From NCBI GenBank assembly GCA_964433595.1, contig CAYSRF010000002.1, positions 1 through 37,865 on the forward strand: a stretch of DNA of 37,865 nucleotides, in the 5' to 3' direction. The notes beneath the pieces are model-generated. The model ran no database searches. It was not told where the DNA came from and was given only the letters and a program-made list of their open reading frames with translations. The position numbers and the translations under genes are program-made. Each line of letters starts with the position of its first letter. Position 1 is the first letter of the stretch. This DNA is from Candidatus Hadarchaeota archaeon (GTDB lineage: Archaea; Hadarchaeota; Hadarchaeia; Hadarchaeales; Hadarchaeaceae). Of this stretch, positions 23,634 to 32,334 are shown in pieces.

Positions 23634-26282
23634 TTAGACTTGTCTAGAGTTATTGTATTTTTCTAGAAACGAATTTGCAACTTCTTTCGGGGAAGTTTTC
23701 CTTGCGTCGAGGTAACCAATTGATGACTGCAACCCCGGCACCTCTGAATCATCGAATATGACTGGCAAAATATAGTCGCCAAATTGTTTTATTTGTCTGG
23801 CTATAGCACTTTTCCTCTCATGCGAGGGCCAAGCTTTAGAAACATAATCTTTAGAAATAAACATGATACAGTAATCGGAGTGATCGTAGTAAACTTTTTG
23901 GAGATATTCTGCGAGGTCAGTACCCCATAACTGCGATTGGTAAAATTGATCATACCAGCACTTTATGCCCTTAGTTTGGAGAATATGGGCAACTTCATCA
24001 ACATATTCTCTTTGCTCACTGGCATAAGACAAAGCCACATCGTATTTATTATCTTTCGTCACTTTTTTTTTATTTTGATTTATCGGGATTGCGACGAAGG
24101 GTCCGTAGAATTTGTCAATAATGCTTTCAAATTCATTTTTAAGGCGGTCGCAAATTCTCCTATCCCTGCCTCCAATATAATAGACACATTTAACGTGCAT
24201 TCCTTTAATAGCATCACCAAATATTTGAAAATTGTAGTAGATACAAGCGTTTTCTTCCCAAGAAAAAAGACCGTCTTTCTGTGATAAGTCAATACAACCT
24301 AGATTTAACTCTGAAATAGCCCTTATCAAACGGCCTATTTCTATTTCTTTATAGGGAAAAATCTTTTCCTCAAAATCTTTAAGAAATTTTTTATATTCTT
24401 TTGGAACATCTATTCCTTCTTCGCGAAGTTTTTCAGGAAATATTCTCAAATCACGATTTTTTATGGCAATGTCGTAATTTAGGTAGACTGCATCCAAGAT
24501 TGGAATATAAGGATGACGTTTATATTCTTTCAATAATTCATTGTACGGGACAATACCTTTCTTCCCCCCTACAAAAATTGGGATATTTGTCAACAACCTA
24601 TTGTATTCAACATCGTTTATGATAACTAAATTACTGGCCTCTGGGTAGTACCCAATTATGCCCTGATTACTAAAATCCCGCAACAAGAACTTAAGGTGCT
24701 TAGCTGGCATGTCATACCCTAGGAAACTGTGATGGTATTTTTCAAGTTCTTCAAATTTAATCGCTTTTCGATCTTCTTCTTGAAGTTTGTTTATTAGTTT
24801 AACTAGATTATCAGAAAATGAAGACTTGATCACAATTTTGGTGTTTTCCCAATAAATTTTTTCTAATAATTGATCTTTTAATTCGTCTATTCCAGTTCCA
24901 TCTGAAGGGCAAACTTTTAACCGAATATCAATTTTCCCACTATCAAGAAGGGCTTTTACTGTAGGTTCATCAATTTCATTAATTTCCTGATCTATGTAAG
25001 TTTGAACAAAGAGTATCTTTATTTTTGGATTTAGATTTTTTTCGAGACCTTTCAAGGTTTCTATGGCTTTATCAAAAGAATGTTTATCATTTTGTTGGAA
25101 CAAAATAAGTATAACATCAGAGTCGGCTAAAAATGGTAAGAAGGTGCCTAACACTGTTTCTTGCCCACCATAATCATGGAAGATAATTCGCTTTTGCAAA
25201 GGACCTCCATCGATAATCCAATTCCAAATTCTTTTACCAAATGTTGATTTAACGGCTCCCGCTGACCCTGTTGTGATAAAATTACATAAAGTACTTTTGC
25301 CTACACCTGTATGTCCGATTAAACTGATTTTAGCGTACTTATATTTTATAAGTTTAGGATCGGGTTTAACTTTTTCTCTTTCAAATGATAGTAATCCATC
25401 TTTTTTTAAAACAAGAATTGTATTTTCTTTTGAGAATATTTTTATAATCCCCCCAATCTCATTAGATTCTATTTGTTGAGAATCTACATCAAACTGAATC
25501 AATTCAGTATCTGTGCCGGCAAAAACAGTTTTACCATCATTCGTTATATGTATACAATTTCCCCTGCTCTTAGCATTAGCTATTTCCAACACTGTTTGCC
25601 ATTTCTTAGCACCATTTTCAATTTTCTTTTCGAATAAGTGAATGTGACCAGCCATATCAATTGATGCAAATGAAGCATCTTGAGTCCATGATATATCTTC
25701 TACTGTTTGATTAATGTTTAGCTGTTGTAATTCTTCGTAATGATCTTTTTGATATTCCCAAATAAGAATTTTTCCCGTATAATCTCCTGAAGCCATGAGT
25801 TGCACATTTAGACCTCCCAAAGCGAAAATACTGTTCCGATGTCCCGAAATTGAATATTTTTCCCATTGTCCATGTTCACTTTTACGTATTCCCGTCATGA
25901 CGCCGTATGTTGATGTCGCGACCAAATTTTTTTCCATTGGCCAAACTGTTCTCCAAACACGGGAACTAACGCTATAAGTTGCTTCTTGAAGAAATTCGGG
26001 ATTCTTTGGATTTTCACAATTTAAAATGAAAAGATCACCATTATGGCTACCTACAAGAATTCTTCCATTGCCGCAGGAGGAAATTGTCTCGATTTTTGAT
26101 GAGCATCTGTACAATATTTTTGGTTCGTCATTTTTTGTTTCCCACTTGACAACCAAACCGTTTTCATGTCCAGTAATAAGTAAGTCCATATCAGCTAGAA
26201 AGACACCAGTAGTAGCATTTGGAAAATCTTTTGGGAAAGAAATAATTTGGTTATATTTATTGGGCATTTTTTCTCCATGCAT
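23634..26282 (-). CDS. WD40-like beta-propeller / Roc-type small GTPase / helical (COR-like) region / C-terminal TIR domain protein
   Basis: WD-like repeats (GHENGLVVKW, GSHNGDLFIL, SGDYTGKILIWE). GTPase G1 GHTGVGKST and G3 HDYGGQE. TIR: YDVALSYASEQREYVDEVAHILQTKGIKCWYD...YCIMFISKDYVSKAWPSHERKSA, with a conserved Glu. Confidence 0.65.
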   Translation of the reverse strand: MHGEKMPNKYNQIISFPKDFPNATTGVFLADMDLLITGHENGLVVKWETKNDEPKILYRCSSKIETISSCGNGRILVGSHNGDLFILNCENPKNPEFLQEATYSVSSRVWRTVWPMEKNLVATSTYGVMTGIRKSEHGQWEKYSISGHRNSIFALGGLNVQLMASGDYTGKILIWEYQKDHYEELQQLNINQTVEDISWTQDASFASIDMAGHIHLFEKKIENGAKKWQTVLEIANAKSRGNCIHITNDGKTVFAGTDTELIQFDVDSQQIESNEIGGIIKIFSKENTILVLKKDGLLSFEREKVKPDPKLIKYKYAKISLIGHTGVGKSTLCNFITTGSAGAVKSTFGKRIWNWIIDGGPLQKRIIFHDYGGQETVLGTFLPFLADSDVILILFQQNDKHSFDKAIETLKGLEKNLNPKIKILFVQTYIDQEINEIDEPTVKALLDSGKIDIRLKVCPSDGTGIDELKDQLLEKIYWENTKIVIKSSFSDNLVKLINKLQEEDRKAIKFEELEKYHHSFLGYDMPAKHLKFLLRDFSNQGIIGYYPEASNLVIINDVEYNRLLTNIPIFVGGKKGIVPYNELLKEYKRHPYIPILDAVYLNYDIAIKNRDLRIFPEKLREEGIDVPKEYKKFLKDFEEKIFPYKEIEIGRLIRAISELNLGCIDLSQKDGLFSWEENACIYYNFQIFGDAIKGMHVKCVYYIGGRDRRICDRLKNEFESIIDKFYGPFVAIPINQNKKKVTKDNKYDVALSYASEQREYVDEVAHILQTKGIKCWYDQFYQSQLWGTDLAEYLQKVYYDHSDYCIMFISKDYVSKAWPSHERKSAIARQIKQFGDYILPVIFDDSEVPGLQSSIGYLDARKTSPKEVANSFLEKYNNSRQV

Positions 26283-26429
26283 ACTTATGAAACATGGTAT
26301 TAAATTCTATCGAAAATTTAATAGTTATAGGCAGATTAGCTAGTGAGAGTTGCCAAAGAAAATGGCATTAAAATAAGCCTTTTTGTGGGAAATGAGCTTA
26401 GAAAATAGAGGAAGGCAAGAAAATTTTCT

Positions 26430-26804
26430 TTACCACTCCTCTTCCTCCCTCCAGCCCCAGTAGTCCTCCTCAGCCCCGAAGACCTCCTCGCAGTCGGGGC
26501 AAACGCCGAGCTCCTTCATCGCGGAGTCGACTCCGCGCACTCCGAGCGGGGAAATCCCCAACAGAAATAGGGGCACGGGCACGATGGCCAAGTTTCCCTT
26601 TTCCACGTATCTGACGCCTTCCTTGCAGAGCAATATTTTATCCCTTAGCCCAACCCTCGGGAAATCCTTGGCATCAACCCTTTCCTGCCATTTGACCTCA
26701 ATCCCCGCCCTTCCGACCACGAAATCCACCTCGCGTTTTCCAGCCAAGATGTGTACCTCCCCATACCTCCGCCTCAGGTGCTCCCCAACCACCTCCTCGA
26801 CCAA
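26430..26804 (-). CDS. DUF4143-type C-terminal (nuclease-like) domain only; probable relic of an AAA ATPase gene like 4023..5318
   Basis: GKREVDFVVGRAGIEVKWQ parallels AEVDFVLRLGGELVPVEVKYQ in the full-length copy. It has no P-loop domain. Confidence 0.45.
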   Translation of the reverse strand: MVEEVVGEHLRRRYGEVHILAGKREVDFVVGRAGIEVKWQERVDAKDFPRVGLRDKILLCKEGVRYVEKGNLAIVPVPLFLLGISPLGVRGVDSAMKELGVCPDCEEVFGAEEDYWGWREEEEW

Positions 26805-26871
26805 AGTCTGGGGATTCCTCTCCGAAGGTTATTTTTAAGGTCAAGAAAATGAGGCAAATGGGGTTTGAGAG

Positions 26872-27624
26872 ATGAAAGTAGAGGAACACTTAAAAAATAT
26901 CATTGCCCGCGATGGCGCTGCCCACCTCACGCTCATAGATCCCGCCAAACAGGCACCGGGGGTAGCTGGGGAGATCGCCTCCGATGCTGCCGAAGCTGGC
27001 ACTGACGGGATAATGGTCGGGGGCTCAACCCGCGCAGGAGGTAAACCCCTCGACGACACGATACTCGAGATAAAGAAAGCTGTCAACCTTCCGGTGATTT
27101 TATTTCCGGCAAGTGAAGCGGGCATTAGTAAGCATGCGGACGCGATCTTTTTCATGAGCATGCTCAACTCCCGCGACCCTTACTTTATCATGGGTGCCCA
27201 AAGGCTCGGGGCGCCGCTCGTCAAGCAATTCAAGCTGGAAACCCTGCCCATGGCATATTTATTGGTTGAACCTGGTGGGGCAGCCGGGCGGGTCGGGAAA
27301 GCAGACCTACTCCCTCGCGCCAAACCTGAGCTGGCTGTGGCATACGCGCTCGCGGCGCAATATCTGGGCATGAGGTTCGTCTACCTCGAGGCAGGTTCAG
27401 GGGCAGCCGTACCAGTACCAACAAACGTGGTGCGAGCGGTGCGGAGGGCGACGCAGGTGACGCTCATCGTGGGGGGCGGGATAAAAACGCCGAGAGCGGC
27501 TGTCGAACGCGTGAAGGCTGGTGCGGATGTTATTGTGACTGGGACCATCGTCGAGCACGCAAAAGACAGGGTAGCAAAAATTCACGAAATGGTAAAGGCA
27601 GTTAAAATAGGCCGCGGTGCTTAG
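26872..27624 (+). CDS. pcrB: Geranylgeranylglyceryl phosphate synthase (PcrB/GGGPS family)
   Basis: Motifs GTDGIMVGGS, VYLEAGSGA and LIVGGGIKT. The length is typical. Confidence 0.8.
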   Translation: MKVEEHLKNIIARDGAAHLTLIDPAKQAPGVAGEIASDAAEAGTDGIMVGGSTRAGGKPLDDTILEIKKAVNLPVILFPASEAGISKHADAIFFMSMLNSRDPYFIMGAQRLGAPLVKQFKLETLPMAYLLVEPGGAAGRVGKADLLPRAKPELAVAYALAAQYLGMRFVYLEAGSGAAVPVPTNVVRAVRRATQVTLIVGGGIKTPRAAVERVKAGADVIVTGTIVEHAKDRVAKIHEMVKAVKIGRGA

Positions 27625-27820
27625 CGCAGGAGATGCACGCGTAGCCCTTGAAGCTGGGAGTAAAAACGCGCCTCCGATCGATACCGGGAATTCTGGGGTC
27701 GACCCTGAAACCTCTCCTCACCGCTACGGCTTTTATCCTAGGGACCATTCGCCCGCAATAGACACAGGAAACTGGCTGACTTCGCCCGCCTGCCTTATAG
27801 TGACCCCACTTCTTGCCCAT
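27602..27820 (-). CDS. rps26e: 30S ribosomal protein S26e
   Basis: GRSQPVSCVYCGRMVPRIKAV...GYACISCAKHRG matches the S26e pattern (CxxC...VP.DKA...YC.SCA). Its 3-prime end overlaps the convergent GGGPS gene by 23 nt. Confidence 0.6.
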   Translation of the reverse strand: MGKKWGHYKAGGRSQPVSCVYCGRMVPRIKAVAVRRGFRVDPRIPGIDRRRVFTPSFKGYACISCAKHRGLF

Positions 27821-28222
27821 TTTCTCAACTATCATTATTCAGAATTGCAGGCTATAACCATTTTGGGCGATAAAAAATATGCCGGCGAATCGACTGTAAC
27901 TCATCTTCTGTTTTAAGGCAGCATTTAGCTAAGCAGGCTACCACCCGCCTCCAGCAGGCGTTCATAGGCGGCAATTTGCCCTTGCATCTCGCGGAATGGC
28001 CGTTTCATCCTGCTTGACCCGACCTCAGCGTTCCCGCATCATGGCGCGAACCAGCAGGTGTCGTTTCTGTGCCATTGTCTGACTTTACAACCAGGCTCTC
28101 ACGAGCCCGCGAACCTGCTCGATGGATGAAGTTTCCTCAGGCTTTCGCCCGGGAGCTGCCCACCGACTCGCCAGCATTATAATTTTTAGCTCTCTAATCT
28201 TAAGAAGGTAGCTGGTGGGTGG

Positions 28223-28663
28223 ATGAAAGTGTTCATCGCTGGGCCGCTCTTCTCGCAGGCCGAGCGAGAGTTCAACCTGAAGCTGGACGAATTCCTGCGT
28301 AAGCACGGCTTTGAGACATTCCTACCCCAGCGCGAGGTGGGCGAGCTCTGGAAGCGGATTCACAAGCGAGGTCGTAAGACATACCGCATGATTTACGAGG
28401 AGGACCTTCGCGGACTCGAGGGGGCAGATGTCGTGGTCGCAATCCTCGATGGCCCAGACATCGACTCCGGCACGGCATTCGAGGTGGGGTACGCGTGCGC
28501 CCGGGGGAAGCCGGTGATCGGGCTCAAGACCGACATGCGAGTGTTTGCCCGGGGGGAGGAGGTCAACAATATGCTCGCCCAAGGGGTGAGAAAGATAGTC
28601 AATAACTTCGATGATCTCCTACCCGCTCTGAACGCTATCAAGAAAACGAAGAAAGGGAGGTGA
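28223..28663 (+). CDS. Nucleoside 2-deoxyribosyltransferase-family protein
   Basis: MKVFIAGPLFSQAEREFN...DSGTAFEVGYA is the Nuc_deoxyrib_tr signature. Confidence 0.7.
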   Translation: MKVFIAGPLFSQAEREFNLKLDEFLRKHGFETFLPQREVGELWKRIHKRGRKTYRMIYEEDLRGLEGADVVVAILDGPDIDSGTAFEVGYACARGKPVIGLKTDMRVFARGEEVNNMLAQGVRKIVNNFDDLLPALNAIKKTKKGR

Positions 28664-28703
28664 ATATCTGACTGGAGAGCTCAACAAAGAGATTTTAGGT
28701 GCC

Positions 28704-29051
28704 GTGTTGAACACATTGCCCGTGGAGATAACCTTTGTGGACAAAAACGATACGGTACGATATTTCAACAAAAACGGCGACAGAATATTCCCACGTCCTT
28801 CTGCGGTTCTCGGCAGAAAAGTTCAAGACTGCCACCCGAAGAAAAGTCTACACAAAGTGAATCAAATACTAGATGATTTCAAAAACAACAGGAGAGATTC
28901 CGCTGAATTCTGGATAGATTTAGACGATAGAAAAATTTACATAAGGTATTTCGCGGTGAGGGACCGAAACGGAAACTACTTGGGTTCTCTTGAGGTTACC
29001 CAAGACATCACGGACATCCAGAAAATCAAGGGGGAAAAAAGGCTTTTGTAG
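28704..29051 (+). CDS. PAS-like domain protein (DUF438-associated type)
   Basis: LNTLPVEITFVDKNDTVRYFN...FPR...LGRKVQDCHP...YIRYFAVRD..G.YLG.LEVTQDIT. The start is uncertain, because the frame is open further upstream. Confidence 0.55.
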   Translation: MLNTLPVEITFVDKNDTVRYFNKNGDRIFPRPSAVLGRKVQDCHPKKSLHKVNQILDDFKNNRRDSAEFWIDLDDRKIYIRYFAVRDRNGNYLGSLEVTQDITDIQKIKGEKRLL

Positions 29052-29182
29052 CGCGTTTGGAGAAAGGTGAGCTAAAGACCTAGGTAAGAGTGTTTATTCT
29101 TCTCATGACTATTTTGAATCCTTTTAAAATCGTGTTACTCTTTTTTCTTTCGGAACTGTCAGAATAGATGAAGTGAAAAGGC

Positions 29183-31300
29183 TTACTGAGATGATAGCTT
29201 GAGCATTCTGGCATTGATTGCCACAATAACCGTGCTTATTGACATCAAAAGCGCTCCAACTGCTGGGCTAAGCACGAAGCCAAGTGGAAAGAGAATACCT
29301 GCGGCCAACGGGATCGCAATGGCATTGTAGCCTGTCGCCCAAAACAAATTCTGCTTCATCTTGCGATAGGTGGCCTTGGACAAGCCCAAAATAGTTGCTA
29401 CATCCTCTGGGTCGTTTTCAACCAATACGATATCTGCAGACTCGACCGCGACATCAGTCCCGGCCCCGATGGCAATACCCACATCGGCCTGTACCAATGC
29501 TGGCGCGTCATTTACCCCATCACCGACCATCGCCACTGTGAGCCCGCGTTCCTGAATTTCTTTTATCTTGTTGGATTTTTCGTCTGGAAGCACCTCGGCG
29601 AAAAAATCGTCCAACTCCAATTCCTCGGCCACCCATTGGGCCACTTCTTTGCTATCTCCAGTCAGCATCATACATTTGATATCCATCTCTTTCAGTTGCT
29701 GAATGGCCTTTTTTGATTCTTCGCGCACAATGTCTGCTAGCGCAACAGCTCCGATCAACTTGTTGTCACGTAGGACATACACCACGGTCTTGCCCTGCGC
29801 GGCCACTTTATCCACTCTCTCGTTTTTGAACGCAATGTCGTGCTCGCTCAGGTAACCCAAGCTCACGACTTTTATGTTTTGACCTTTCACTTTAGCCTGC
29901 GCGCCTTTGCCAGGAAGAGCCTCGAAGGACTCTGGCGACTTCAACTCCAATTTCCGTTCCTCGGCGCCTTTGACGATACCGCGCGCAATCGGATGTTCGG
30001 ACCGAGTTTCTACTGTAGCAGCTAGGGCAAGTACCTCATCATCGGTAACGCCGTCTTGCAAGCTAATTACTTCGTCAACGCCGAAGCGACCTTCAGTTAG
30101 TGTGCCAGTTTTATCGAAAACGACACATTTCAGATTACGGGCACGCTCAAAAGCGCCACGATCCCGGATGAGAAGACCGTTTTTAGCTGAAAGCGCGGTC
30201 GAAACTGCCACTACTAGGGGGATGGCAAGCCCTAAGGCATGCGGACATGCGATAACCATCACTGTAACCGTACGTTCCAGAGAGAAATCTAGTGCGCTAC
30301 CAAAGATCTGCCAAATTACTAAGGTGGTTAATCCACCCCCCAATGCTACCAACGTTAGCCAGAGGGCAGCGCGATCAGCGAGGAGTTGCGTCCTTGATTT
30401 ACTTTGTTGTGCTTGGTTAACCAGATTGATGACATGCGAGAGATATGTGTCTTTTCCAGTCTTTTCAATCTTGACCTCAACCGCTCCCTCGCCGTTGATG
30501 GAGCCACCAATAACTTTACTGTCCTTTTGTTTGGGGACAGGCTTCGATTCCCCGGTAAGCATCGCTTCATTAACATCTGTTTCACCTTTTTCGACAAGTC
30601 CATCTACCGGAATCTTCTCACCAGGTTTTACCAGCACCAAGTCGCCAGGCGAAAGCTCATCTACCGGCACATCTTTCGTGGAACCATCTGGCTGGACGAG
30701 ATGGGCTGTCGACGGCATCAGTTTTGCTAATTCCTCAAGTGCTTGCGATGCACCCATCACCGACCGCATTTCAATCCAGTGGCCGAACAACATGATGTTG
30801 ATCAGCGTGGCAAGTTCCCAGTAGAAGATTTTGCCCGACAGACCGAAGACCACTAGGCTGCTGTAAGTATAGGCGACGGTAATAGCGACTCCAATAAGAG
30901 TCATCATCCCCGGTCGCCTTTCGTTAAGTTCTCCTACTAACCCTTTTAGAAAAGGCCACCCACCATATAAGAAAATCGTCGTGGAGAGAGCGAATAAAAC
31001 GTAAGAATCGCCCGCAAACTGTAATGCTTCCAGTCCAAGGAGAGACTGGATGAATGGTGAAAGCAGTAAAATTGGAATTGTGATAAGCAGAGAGATCCAG
31101 AATCGTTTTTTAAACTCCTGTAACATCTGGACATGGTGATCGCCACCGTTATCGCCATGAGCTTCATGTTTATCATGATGTTGATGCTTTTCGTGAGCAT
31201 CTTTAACGTGCTGTTTGTCTCGGTCCTTTGTGTGCCATTTTTTCTCCTCTTTTTCACTATTCCAGCGTTTTTCTTCTGGGGTCTTGTTTCGTTTGGTCAT
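29183..31300 (-). CDS. copB: Heavy-metal (copper) P1B-type ATPase with a His-rich N-terminus and CPH motif (CopB type)
   Basis: HEKHQHHDKHEAHGDNGGDHH tail, TGES, CPH (VIACPHALGLA), DKTGTLT and GDGVNDAP. I prefer ATG 31300 over the track TTG at 31333. Confidence 0.85.
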   Translation of the reverse strand: MTKRNKTPEEKRWNSEKEEKKWHTKDRDKQHVKDAHEKHQHHDKHEAHGDNGGDHHVQMLQEFKKRFWISLLITIPILLLSPFIQSLLGLEALQFAGDSYVLFALSTTIFLYGGWPFLKGLVGELNERRPGMMTLIGVAITVAYTYSSLVVFGLSGKIFYWELATLINIMLFGHWIEMRSVMGASQALEELAKLMPSTAHLVQPDGSTKDVPVDELSPGDLVLVKPGEKIPVDGLVEKGETDVNEAMLTGESKPVPKQKDSKVIGGSINGEGAVEVKIEKTGKDTYLSHVINLVNQAQQSKSRTQLLADRAALWLTLVALGGGLTTLVIWQIFGSALDFSLERTVTVMVIACPHALGLAIPLVVAVSTALSAKNGLLIRDRGAFERARNLKCVVFDKTGTLTEGRFGVDEVISLQDGVTDDEVLALAATVETRSEHPIARGIVKGAEERKLELKSPESFEALPGKGAQAKVKGQNIKVVSLGYLSEHDIAFKNERVDKVAAQGKTVVYVLRDNKLIGAVALADIVREESKKAIQQLKEMDIKCMMLTGDSKEVAQWVAEELELDDFFAEVLPDEKSNKIKEIQERGLTVAMVGDGVNDAPALVQADVGIAIGAGTDVAVESADIVLVENDPEDVATILGLSKATYRKMKQNLFWATGYNAIAIPLAAGILFPLGFVLSPAVGALLMSISTVIVAINARMLKLSSQ

Positions 31301-31549
31301 TTCAACCCTCAAAAGCTCTAACTCCAACCACAAAAATTAAGGAGAGGATAAACTTATGTGTTTTGTCGAGATTTTCCATAAAAATTCTTGAAGGGTTCAA
31401 ATTCCTAATGTAATCGTCTGAATTTACTCTGCGGAAAAGTTTTGACATCAAATCAGGAAGTTTGCTTTTTCTTGTCCTTAACCAGTCCAATAAAGGAGGA
31501 CGAAGGGAGACCCTAAGGAAACCCAAGTTTCCCCTCACTGATTCAGGGC

Positions 31550-32101
31550 CTACTTCAGAAACTTTGACACAAATGGAGAGGTCTCTCCACGACGCATGAA
31601 GTGTCCAGAGGGCCCCTCACCCAAGAATTCGGCGAACCAAGATTCGTGCTCGATTTCTTCGTTGAGGATCGACTGAGATAGATCGTAGGTGCGATGATCC
31701 TTGCCCGCGGTCAGGTTGCAGATGTGGGTATATCCTCGCACTGCGCATCTTTCCGCTTCCACCAGCACCTTCAAAATTGCCTGAATATCAGTCGGGTCCT
31801 TTGGTAGGCTGGCTGGCGGACAAGCCGAGGTGTCATGGAAATCCTTCATGTTCTCCGGCAGTTTACCACCGAGTTCGTAGATGCGGGGCACGATGGCCTC
31901 GAAATGATTCCGGTCTTCAATACGGGCTATTTCCGCAATCTCCTTGATCCCTTCCCCTTCCAGTCCAATTAAATTGGCCCGGAGGATGGTGTAGTAGTAG
32001 TAAGTTGTAAGCTCCGCTGCGGAGTTCTTGACCAGCAACTCTATCAATTGGTCAACATTGACACCTGATTTCTCTACCATTTCTCGTGCTACTTTAGCCA
32101 T
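31550..32101 (-). CDS. Ferritin-like di-iron protein, Dps-like (DPSL) type
   Basis: Four-helix ferritin-like pattern (ELTTYYYY, EDRNHFE, EAERCAVRGY, NEEIEHESW) resembling archaeal DPSL proteins. Confidence 0.6.
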   Translation of the reverse strand: MAKVAREMVEKSGVNVDQLIELLVKNSAAELTTYYYYTILRANLIGLEGEGIKEIAEIARIEDRNHFEAIVPRIYELGGKLPENMKDFHDTSACPPASLPKDPTDIQAILKVLVEAERCAVRGYTHICNLTAGKDHRTYDLSQSILNEEIEHESWFAEFLGEGPSGHFMRRGETSPFVSKFLK

Positions 32102-32334
32102 TTTATCCCTCCTTTTTTTAAGATTAATTCTTTTTAAAATTTAAACTTTTGTATTGTTCTTGCTGTATTGCACAGAGATCTTTGCGTATGCATTAAATTA
32201 TTACTAGCCAACAAGCGAAAATTTTCCGTTTGAGGTGGCAAGGATTGAGAATGGAGAGATTTTTGAAATACCAGAGAACAAAAGAGTTAAAGGAGAGATT
32301 CCGCGAATTTCAATAAAAGCCTAGGGTTAGATAA

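Noticed and set aside
29907-30824. Long antisense or overlapping ORFs inside GC-rich genes (for example 29907..30824, 350..973, 32932..33621, 35270..35920, 26841..27167).
   Set aside because: They lie opposite or out of frame to genes with unmistakable family motifs (copB, nnrD/L40e, korA, rubrerythrin, GGGPS). They translate to Ser/Pro/Arg-rich strings typical of spurious ORFs in GC-rich DNA.
31302-31538. 78-aa ORF upstream of and overlapping the copB start; considered as a copper-responsive regulator.
   Set aside because: It has no HTH, RHH or metal-binding motif, and it overlaps the copB 5-prime end. It is likely spurious.
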